47,077 nucleotides of DNA from a virus, in IMG/VR virus record IMGVR_UViG_3300048080_000070, positions 1 to 47,077 of that record, one strand, 5' to 3'. Below the pieces are notes generated by a model, which was not told the origin of the DNA, made no database searches, and saw nothing but the letters and a program-made list of their open reading frames with translations. The first letter of the stretch is position 1; each line of letters starts with the position of its first letter. Shown piece by piece: positions 27,543 through 34,231 of the stretch. The position numbers were made by a program, and so were the translations under genes.

Positions 27543-28660
27543 GTCAGTCCGGTATCTACTCAGAATCCAAGATGATTTGGTGGTTTGCCCGCGACCGTGG
27601 GTTGCCAGCGGCCCCAAAACAGGTACAGCTGATTTTATCCGATCTGTGCAATCAGGACTGCCACTTCTGCGCCTACCGCATGAGCGGCTACACGTCGAAT
27701 GAGTTGTTTGTGGGCGACTCGAAGCAGGCCGCCTACGGCCACAGCAATCCCGTCCGGTGGATACCGACGGAGCGGGCTCTGAAACTAGTGGACGAAATCA
27801 AGGAGGTCGGGGCGCTCTCGATACAATTCACAGGCGGCGGCGAGCCAACCGTGCATCCAGAGTGCGATAAGATATTCTCACGCGCCTTGGAGCACGGGCT
27901 GAGGTGTGCCCTGGTAAGCAACGGCGTGAAGTGGAGTGCGGACCTTATCAAGAACCTGTTGCCACGCTTCGATTGGGTTAGGGTGTCGGTGGATGCCGGC
28001 GATGCGGCTTCGTATTCCCGCATCCGCCGCACACCAACGGCACATTGGGGCCGCGTGTGGGCTAATATCAAGGGTCTGGCCGAAGCTATTCGGTTGGGCG
28101 AAACGCACACCAACCTCGGCATTGGATTCGTCGTCACGCCGGACTCCTACCGCGAGATACCAGAGTTTGCCGCGGTCGCTGCGAAGAGCGGAGCGCACAA
28201 CATCCGCTTCTCCGCCATGTTCAGCCCGGAGGACGAGAAGCCGTTCGTGGGCATCTATGACATGGTGCGCGTATTCATCGACAAGGCGCGCCGGGTCCAT
28301 GAGACTGACACGTTCAAGGTCCACGACAACTTCGGGTCCAGGTTCGACGACCTGCGCCAGCACGCGCCGGACTACTCGTTCTGTTCGTACCAGCACTATA
28401 CGGCCTATGTCGGGGGCGACATGAACGCCTACCGCTGCTGCGTTCTGGCCTACAACAAGCGCGGGCTGGTGGAGGGCGGGAACCTCAAGGAGCGGTCGTT
28501 CACGGAGTTCTGGAGGTCGCCGGAGCGTCTGGCCGACATGAACGCGCTTGACGCCAAGGGATGCGAGCGGTGCCAGTTTAACGTGAAAAATCGGCAGATG
28601 CTCTACGTCATGGGGAATACCGAGTCGGATACCACATCGAGGCACATCGAATGGCCGTAG
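27539..28660 (+). CDS. Radical SAM enzyme with a C-terminal Cys cluster (SPASM/twitch-like?)
   Basis: Contains CNQDCHFC (CxxxCxxC), GGGEP, and C-terminal FCSYQ...RCCVLAYN...GCERCQFN. Confidence 0.75.
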   Translation: MSQSGIYSESKMIWWFARDRGLPAAPKQVQLILSDLCNQDCHFCAYRMSGYTSNELFVGDSKQAAYGHSNPVRWIPTERALKLVDEIKEVGALSIQFTGGGEPTVHPECDKIFSRALEHGLRCALVSNGVKWSADLIKNLLPRFDWVRVSVDAGDAASYSRIRRTPTAHWGRVWANIKGLAEAIRLGETHTNLGIGFVVTPDSYREIPEFAAVAAKSGAHNIRFSAMFSPEDEKPFVGIYDMVRVFIDKARRVHETDTFKVHDNFGSRFDDLRQHAPDYSFCSYQHYTAYVGGDMNAYRCCVLAYNKRGLVEGGNLKERSFTEFWRSPERLADMNALDAKGCERCQFNVKNRQMLYVMGNTESDTTSRHIEWP

Positions 28661-28821
28661 AGAAGCGCAGAAAACTCTATTCGGTGGTCGTTCCATACGA
28701 CTGCACGCAACAAATAATTCTCGAAGCGTTCGAGGCTAACAGAAAATTCAGAGCAGAGTACGCAAGGACGCGCCGAGCCAACAGGAGGAACTATCGAGTC
28801 AAGCCAAGGAAACCGCAATGA
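28651..28821 (+). CDS. 56-aa strongly basic protein
   Basis: MAVEKRRKLYSVVVPYDCTQQ...RRANRRNYRVKPRKPQ. It overlaps both neighbours and is below the ORF-track cutoff. Confidence 0.35.
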   Translation: MAVEKRRKLYSVVVPYDCTQQIILEAFEANRKFRAEYARTRRANRRNYRVKPRKPQ

Positions 28822-29138
28822 AGCCTCGGATCGTCAAGGTCAAACGGAGTTGGCTTAGCCGGGTTTGGTGGACAACACGCCACGAGTATTTCTGTCTGCT
28901 GCGGCACGTTGGACTGCGCGACCGCCTTCGCTGTCCGTATTGCCACAAGGTCGGCACATGGAAACCACACAAGCAGCCGCGGAGGTGGCTGTGTAAGTGG
29001 TGTGGGGTCTATGGTGACATCGGAAGGTGGGGGCCGGCTTGGCCGTGTGGCAAGAAGAAAGTGTGGATGCTCAAGCCGATCAAGAAACTGAAGTTGCCGA
29101 GCGAAAGAGTGGTCAACGTCAATCCGTGGAGGGGATAG
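28818..29138 (+). CDS. 106-aa basic Zn-ribbon protein
   Basis: CPYCHKVG...CKWCG, loosely reminiscent of transposase-type N-terminal Zn-ribbons. Confidence 0.5.
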   Translation: MKPRIVKVKRSWLSRVWWTTRHEYFCLLRHVGLRDRLRCPYCHKVGTWKPHKQPRRWLCKWCGVYGDIGRWGPAWPCGKKKVWMLKPIKKLKLPSERVVNVNPWRG

Positions 29139-29140
29139 AC

Positions 29141-29923
29141 ATGAGGCTCTCCGCTTGCATCACCATCAACGCCCGCTCCGCGACCGACCTGGAGTTGGTG
29201 TTTGACTCCATGCGCGACCAGGCCCACGACGAGTTCATCATCGTGCTTGATGCTCCAACGCCGGACATCGCCCACTACTGCCGGACCTATTGGGAGGACG
29301 ACCAGCGCACCGTGTTCATGCCCATCGACCGCCCACCCGGCTGGCGCTCACCGGTCAAGGCGTGGAATGTAGGTTACAGCCGCGTCACCGGCGACCTGCT
29401 CTACTGCTTCTCCAGCGAGACCGTCCAGCAGCCCGGCAACGTCGCCAAGGCCAAGGCCATGCTGGAACAGGAGCCCGCTGTCATCTTCGGCAAGGCGGAG
29501 TGCTCATGCGGGCCGGACGGGCAGGAGGTCTATTGGGGCGGCACGGCCCCTGGCAACCTGCTCTCCAACGCCGCCCACCCCCGCCCCCTTGGCTTCATCT
29601 GGGCCGCGCCCATGCCCAACGTCCGCAAGATGGGCGGTTGGGACGAAACCTTCGACCGCGGCCTCTGGTTCGATGAATCCGACTTCTTCTACCGCCTCTG
29701 GCGTACCGGCCTCAACTTCGTGTTCGATGACGCAATCGCCGGCACCCACCTCCACCATGCCAGACCAGGCCTCGAAACCCCAGAAGGCAAGGCCGCCATC
29801 CAGACAAACCTAGCCTACATAACCGCCAAGCTCGGCTCCACCAACCCCATCGCTGACCTCCCCAAAATCATCTCGGCCAACCCAACCCATCCCGGCCGTA
29901 CCGTCTGGAAACACCTCGCCTGA
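29141..29923 (+). CDS. GT-A fold glycosyltransferase (paralog of 24667-25572)
   Basis: AWNVGYSRV...CFSSETV and GGWDETFDRGLWFDESDFFYRLWRTGLNF. GGAGGGGA lies upstream of the ATG at 29141. Confidence 0.65.
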   Translation: MRLSACITINARSATDLELVFDSMRDQAHDEFIIVLDAPTPDIAHYCRTYWEDDQRTVFMPIDRPPGWRSPVKAWNVGYSRVTGDLLYCFSSETVQQPGNVAKAKAMLEQEPAVIFGKAECSCGPDGQEVYWGGTAPGNLLSNAAHPRPLGFIWAAPMPNVRKMGGWDETFDRGLWFDESDFFYRLWRTGLNFVFDDAIAGTHLHHARPGLETPEGKAAIQTNLAYITAKLGSTNPIADLPKIISANPTHPGRTVWKHLA

Positions 29924-30196
29924 AAATTCTGCGGAAAATGGCGGAGGGAACACTTCGATTTCGCCACCGCCAAGAACCGGCACCCCCCCACGGGTACCCC
30001 TACCTATGCCTATCCACACCCATACCTATGCGTCCTGGCTCATAACACATAGGCCACTCGCTCAGACGCCGTAAGTCTAGTGCTGTCAGCGACCTGGGCC
30101 TGCTGGGGGCAGGTCCACATAACATGAGTTATCGGACGTAGCGCAGACCCCTAGTGCCGCAAGGCCTACACAGACCCATGATCATTCCGGGCCGCC

Positions 30197-30256
30197 AGTC
30201 TCACGCCAGTCTCAACTAGTCTCAAGCGCGGTCTCAAGTCTCAAGGATTAGTCTCA
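30197..30256 (+). repeat. Iteron-like array: six direct copies of (A)GTCTCA in 60 bp
   Basis: GTCTCA occurs at 30198, 30209, 30219, 30231, 30238 and 30251, with spacings of 7-13 bp. Confidence 0.85.
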
Positions 30257-30258
30257 GG

Positions 30259-30385
30259 TACGCCATTTTGGCGTAGTAGTCTGCACCGAGGTGCGTCATT
30301 ATGGCGTACCTCGCCATGTCCTCCACAGGTATCAATCATGTCATTTTGGCGCGGTCTAATTCGTCAGGTGCGTCAATTTGGCGTG
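30259..30385 (+). repeat. Four copies of a ~15-bp motif, GCGTCAWTTTGGCGT (partly palindromic)
   Basis: TACGCCATTTTGGCGTA at 30259-30275 (6-bp inverted arms). Core copies at 30297-30306 (CATTATGGCG), 30342-30351 (CATTTTGGCG) and 30374-30383 (CAATTTGGCG). Confidence 0.8.
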
Positions 30386-30451
30386 GTGGTGTGGGCAATG
30401 ATCGTGCCGTGTTGTGTGACTTTTGGTACTGAGATAGTCGGTTGATTGCCA

Positions 30452-30480
30452 TTGCACCGTGTCGCGGTGCGCTACATAAT
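30452..30480 (+). promoter_or_regulatory. Sigma70-like early promoter (TTGCAC-N17-CATAAT)
   Basis: Read directly from the sequence, 24 nt upstream of the ATG at 30504. Confidence 0.5.
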
Positions 30481-30503
30481 GAGGGTGGAAAGAGGAGGGT
30501 GCT

Positions 30504-30851
30504 ATGTACGAGAGGCCGGATGGATCCTGGGATTGGGACAGAGAGGAAGCCGATCACGACACGCGGTCACTTCAAGAGGCTGCGGAAGTAGCCTACCAGA
30601 TGCGGCGCAAGAGCCTAGCCGCGCTTCTCAAAGGCGAACCTGAGAAGGCGGCACGCCTTTGTCCACACTCTGCCGTTGGCGCGGGCAGCATCTGCCGGGA
30701 CTGCGGCGCAAGGCTCAATCTCAAGCACGAGGTGGTCGAGATTAGGGCTGGATTGGCTGGATGTCCAAGGTGCGGCGAACCCTTAAACATCATCGGTGTC
30801 ATCGCCGAGTGTTGCAACACGAAGCCGCACAATTGGCAACTCAAGTCTTAA
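30504..30851 (+). CDS. Cys-rich (Zn-ribbon) early protein
   Basis: CRDCG...CPRCG. GGAGGGTGCT lies directly upstream of the ATG. Confidence 0.6.
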   Translation: MYERPDGSWDWDREEADHDTRSLQEAAEVAYQMRRKSLAALLKGEPEKAARLCPHSAVGAGSICRDCGARLNLKHEVVEIRAGLAGCPRCGEPLNIIGVIAECCNTKPHNWQLKS

Positions 30852-30958
30852 TGCGCCGGTCATCGGCGCGGGGAGGGTGCTGACTGCGGTCCGGTACTTA
30901 CTCGGACGCCGCCGTGGATGATTACTTGGCGCGGTGGAACGCTACTCCCGGAGGTACC

Positions 30959-31114
30959 ATGACGGACAATCGCAAGGCCCGGACGTGCGAGTGCTGCGAG
31001 CGTAAATGTCTGGACGTGACGTGGCGGTGTCCTTACGCCGACGGGCTCGCGGCCATGCTTTGTTCGACCTGCGCCATGCAGATAGCGGAGGCACGCTTGG
31101 AGGTGGCGTCATGA
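30959..31114 (+). CDS. 51-aa Cys-rich protein
   Basis: GGAGG lies 4 nt upstream of the ATG at 30959. Translation is MTDNRKARTCECCERKC... The ORF-track GTG at 30914 has no SD. Confidence 0.5.
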   Translation: MTDNRKARTCECCERKCLDVTWRCPYADGLAAMLCSTCAMQIAEARLEVAS

Positions 31115-31581
31115 CGGACAATCGGATCGTCGCGGAGTGCTGGACGTGTGCGGAGAAGGATAAGCGGTATCCGGGTCCGATGGCGCACTACCGGGGACGC
31201 TTTCACGATCCATCCAGGCCGCCACTGCAACTAGATTCTACCGGCGTGCCTTACCATGCCGCCGCCGGTCACGACGTTCGGCCCGTGGTGCAGGTCGAGC
31301 ATACGACCGACGCAGACTGCACCGTTGACCCGGCGACCGATACCTGCGGCGTGTGCGGAGTGATGCATGGCGAGCCGTGTCGGGTGTGCGGGGACCGTGG
31401 GTTTCACAAGGTCGGATGTTCCAAGAGTGACGCGCCGGACGTTCAGCCCGTGGCGCAGGCCGAAACGCGCCAAGATGAACACCCGGCGAACCATTCAACG
31501 CGGTGCTACGGGTCTGTTGGCTGCGTCTGCGGCCTATCGACTACCGGAGTTAATCGCTTGCGCCTTGGATTAGACATCTAA
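31111..31581 (+). CDS. Cys-rich hypothetical protein
   Basis: ATGA-coupled. MTDNRIVAECWTCAEKD...CGVCGVMHGEPCRVCGDRG. Confidence 0.55.
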   Translation: MTDNRIVAECWTCAEKDKRYPGPMAHYRGRFHDPSRPPLQLDSTGVPYHAAAGHDVRPVVQVEHTTDADCTVDPATDTCGVCGVMHGEPCRVCGDRGFHKVGCSKSDAPDVQPVAQAETRQDEHPANHSTRCYGSVGCVCGLSTTGVNRLRLGLDI

Positions 31582-31618
31582 CCAGGATTCCGCCCGCTAG
31601 GGCGAGGGAGAATCGACC

Positions 31619-31957
31619 ATGACCGAGAGATTCAAGGGACACACGCCGGGGCCGTGGATTGTATGCAGCCCGACGCATGGCACCGTCGATGTCATGGCGG
31701 AACGCGGGCCAGCAGTTTGCCGACTCTACACCGATCCGGCCATCAACTACGAGACGCCCAATCTTGCAGAGGCCGGGAGTAATGCCCGTCTTATCGCCGC
31801 CGCCCCTGACCTGCTCGCGGCGTTCGAGGCGATGCGGGAGGCGCTGACGACTATCAGAGCTCTCGTCGAGGCCCCTTACTGGACCCCTGACCGCAAGCAG
31901 AAGATCGAACGCCTGTGCAGCTCTAACCTCGCGCTGGCTGACAAGGTGGGCCGGTAG
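31619..31957 (+). CDS. Conserved phage hypothetical protein (GHTPGPW / NARLIAAAPDLL motif type)
   Basis: I recall seeing these motifs in many uncharacterised phage proteins. No function is assigned. Confidence 0.55.
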   Translation: MTERFKGHTPGPWIVCSPTHGTVDVMAERGPAVCRLYTDPAINYETPNLAEAGSNARLIAAAPDLLAAFEAMREALTTIRALVEAPYWTPDRKQKIERLCSSNLALADKVGR

Positions 31958-31958
31958 C

Positions 31959-32204
31959 ATGACCGACCGAGACCGCCGCTATCGAATCAGCGTCAAGGGA
32001 CGGGCGACCGAGGCCCGGCGAGCTCAGACCGAAGGCCGGAAGGCGTACCGGCGCAAGTGGGCGCGGGACAAATACGAGGCTGTCAGGATAGACAAGGCAA
32101 TCAACGCCTTCGAGGTAGCCAAGGCGGCGCAGCCGGCTCAAGTTACTGTAGGCGAGAATCCCGGCGTGGTAGAGGTCAAGGCGAGCGAAGATCGTTCAAC
32201 CTAG
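31959..32204 (+). CDS. Basic hypothetical protein
   Basis: 81-aa ORF rich in Arg and Lys. Confidence 0.5.
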   Translation: MTDRDRRYRISVKGRATEARRAQTEGRKAYRRKWARDKYEAVRIDKAINAFEVAKAAQPAQVTVGENPGVVEVKASEDRST

Positions 32205-32258
32205 TCCAACGTAGCGCGTACTTTCAGGCGGTAGAGGCCGCCTAGAGGAGATTGGGCC

Positions 32259-32867
32259 ATGTCCAGGGGAATCGTGATTGACCGGGCGCAGGCAGACGCG
32301 GTGGAGTTTGCATCGAAAGAGGTCGGACGCGGGGCCATCGAGTCAGTCCGCGTGACGCCGGAGTATGTCGAGGCCACGAATAGTCACATCCTGGTCCGCG
32401 TGCCGTCGTGCGGGCTACCTGTTGAAGAGTACCCCGAGGTGGCCGGCGCTGGTACCGAGGAGTTGACCGAGGCGTTGATCAAGGCCGACACGCTGCGGAA
32501 AGCCATCAAGGCGCTACCCAAGCGCGGCCACCTGCCGGTCTTGGAGTGCCTGCACATCGGTCGGCAGAATGGCAACTTCACGGTCACGGCGACGGATCTT
32601 GAGTCGCCCACCGTGCTGTCTCAGAAGGCCGAGGAATCCAGGTTTCCAGATACCGAGGCGGTCATCCCAATGGCCGACCTGCCTGTAACCATCGGATTCA
32701 GCGCCGACCTGCTAGGCTCGATCTGCAAGTGGGCCACGAGGCATGGCGACGGTGGGCGGAATCCCATCGCCTTTCAGATCCGCAGCCCCGAGGATGGAGC
32801 CCGCCTGACCGTCAACATGAGGGACGGGCGAACGGCTGTATTCGTGATCATGCCGGTCAGGGTGTAG
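32259..32867 (+). CDS. Half-size DNA polymerase III beta-clamp (DnaN)-like protein
   Basis: ATNSHILVRV, SRFPDTEAVIP and the C-terminal VFVIMPVRV resemble the clamp signatures ATDGHRLA, FPDY..V.P and ..MPMRL. It is only 202 aa. Confidence 0.5.
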   Translation: MSRGIVIDRAQADAVEFASKEVGRGAIESVRVTPEYVEATNSHILVRVPSCGLPVEEYPEVAGAGTEELTEALIKADTLRKAIKALPKRGHLPVLECLHIGRQNGNFTVTATDLESPTVLSQKAEESRFPDTEAVIPMADLPVTIGFSADLLGSICKWATRHGDGGRNPIAFQIRSPEDGARLTVNMRDGRTAVFVIMPVRV

Positions 32868-32910
32868 CAGTCCAACGTCAAGGCGCAAGGTTTGCGCGGA
32901 GGGTGCTACG

Positions 32911-33273
32911 ATGACGTATCAGAAGGAGCGCGAAGAGTTTATCGCTGTGATGATGCAGGAAAGCGACCACAACGGGGAGGCGTTCGAGGCGGTTGAGGGT
33001 ATTCTACGGCTGGCACAGCGCCTCCAGCGGATTGCCGAACGGGAATGCAACGGCCACCAGACGCCAGCTGGCGATTGGGATGCAAAGGCCGCGCAGAAGG
33101 ACGAGCGTGCCGAGGTGGTTGCACAGACCAGGATCGCAACGCTCTGCAAGCCGTTCGGGTGGGTACCCGACTTTCAAGGCGATCCCCGCGGCGCAGTCGT
33201 CAAGATCAAGGTCCCGTCCGGGCGCACCAATGATTGGGGCAAGGTTGGCATCTGCGTCCCAACGAGGATGTAG
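32911..33273 (+). CDS. Hypothetical protein
   Basis: 120-aa ORF. GGAGGGTGCT lies 3 nt upstream of the ATG. Confidence 0.55.
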   Translation: MTYQKEREEFIAVMMQESDHNGEAFEAVEGILRLAQRLQRIAERECNGHQTPAGDWDAKAAQKDERAEVVAQTRIATLCKPFGWVPDFQGDPRGAVVKIKVPSGRTNDWGKVGICVPTRM

Positions 33274-33322
33274 GACGGACAATCTCTCCGGCGGCTAGCC
33301 GGACAAAACGGGAGGGTGCTTT

Positions 33323-33511
33323 ATGAGACTTGTTCCTGTAGATAATCCGCGGCCGGGCCAGCGCCTTGCTTGCCTTGCTTGCGGTGGCATGGTTGACGCT
33401 AACAAGGCGTTCGCAGACCTCGACGGACCCGCCTTCACCGCCTACTATCACAACGGGTGCAGGCCGGACAACTTCAGGGTGAAAACTTCAGACGACCTCT
33501 CCGGCGGCTAG
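33323..33511 (+). CDS. Hypothetical 62-aa protein (CLACGG motif)
   Basis: GGAGGGTGCT lies 2 nt upstream of the ATG. The gene is flanked by a 16-bp direct repeat. Confidence 0.5.
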   Translation: MRLVPVDNPRPGQRLACLACGGMVDANKAFADLDGPAFTAYYHNGCRPDNFRVKTSDDLSGG

Positions 33512-33525
33512 CACCCTCCGAGAGA

Positions 33526-33565
33526 CCCCGGCGGTGTGGCATCCCAAGCCCGCCGCCGGGGTTTT
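33526..33565 (+). terminator. Rho-independent terminator between convergent units
   Basis: CCCCGGCGG, an 18-nt loop, CCGCCGGGG, then TTTT. Confidence 0.65.
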
Positions 33566-33679
33566 GGTGTCTAGCCCCCCAACAGGGCAATTTCTCCCCT
33601 TCAACGGCTCCGAGCGTCAAAACTCGGGCTTGGAACGCGCTAGAACGGTCGGAGAGGCACGATCTGGCGGTGGGTGGGG

Positions 33680-34126
33680 CTACGGCTCGCCGGGGTTGAT
33701 TGCGGTCGGCACTAGCGATACCTTACGACCGGCCTTGTTCAGTTCACACACATCGATCTCAAGGATCGGCCCCGCGCTGCCTCTGACTTGCCTGTAGATA
33801 AACTCGGCCGAGGCTGCGTTGTCGTTGTCGATAATCCCAACGTCCACAAGGGCGTCACGCACTGGTTTTAGCCCGCCAATTAGGTTATCATCGTCGTACA
33901 GACGCTCTCTCTTACCCATTATCCGAGTGAAGGTTATGAACTTTTTGGTGGCCGAATCCCAGTCTCCCTCCGGGAGCAGCATTTCACTGGCCCACGAACT
34001 GCGCATATTTCGGGCCTCTAGGCTGTACAAGTACCGCCCGCGGCTTGTGTACGCCAACCGTGCCCCGTGTTGTAGCCGCATAAGCTCATTCAACGAAGGC
34101 GTCTTGCGATGGATCCTGAATTTCAT
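33680..34126 (-). CDS. RusA-like Holliday junction resolvase
   Basis: TPSLNELMR... and YDDDNLIGGLKPVRDALVDVGIIDNDN fit a RusA-type pattern. I used the internal ATG at 34126. Confidence 0.55.
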   Translation of the reverse strand: MKFRIHRKTPSLNELMRLQHGARLAYTSRGRYLYSLEARNMRSSWASEMLLPEGDWDSATKKFITFTRIMGKRERLYDDDNLIGGLKPVRDALVDVGIIDNDNAASAEFIYRQVRGSAGPILEIDVCELNKAGRKVSLVPTAINPGEP

Positions 34127-34231
34127 TGGCTTGTGCCCCAACGCGCGCCGACAGAACGGGCGCGGGGAATAACAGGGTTTTTGCATACTCTAAACATGTA
34201 TGCACCCAAAATGCACGTGATTATCGGGGAA

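Noticed and set aside
27539-28660. Prokaryotic viperin-like antiviral radical SAM enzyme
   Set aside because: The CxxxCxxC context and the Cys-rich C-terminus do not resemble the viperin pattern I know. The glycosylation-operon context points elsewhere.
27878-28696. 272-aa minus-strand ORF across the radical SAM gene
   Set aside because: The plus-strand frame carries clear CxxxCxxC and GGGEP motifs. The minus-strand frame is a low-complexity shadow ORF.
30197-30256. A CRISPR array as an explanation for the AGTCTCA repeats
   Set aside because: The repeat unit is only 6-7 bp with 1-7-bp spacers, far too short for a CRISPR array. An iteron or operator array is the better description.
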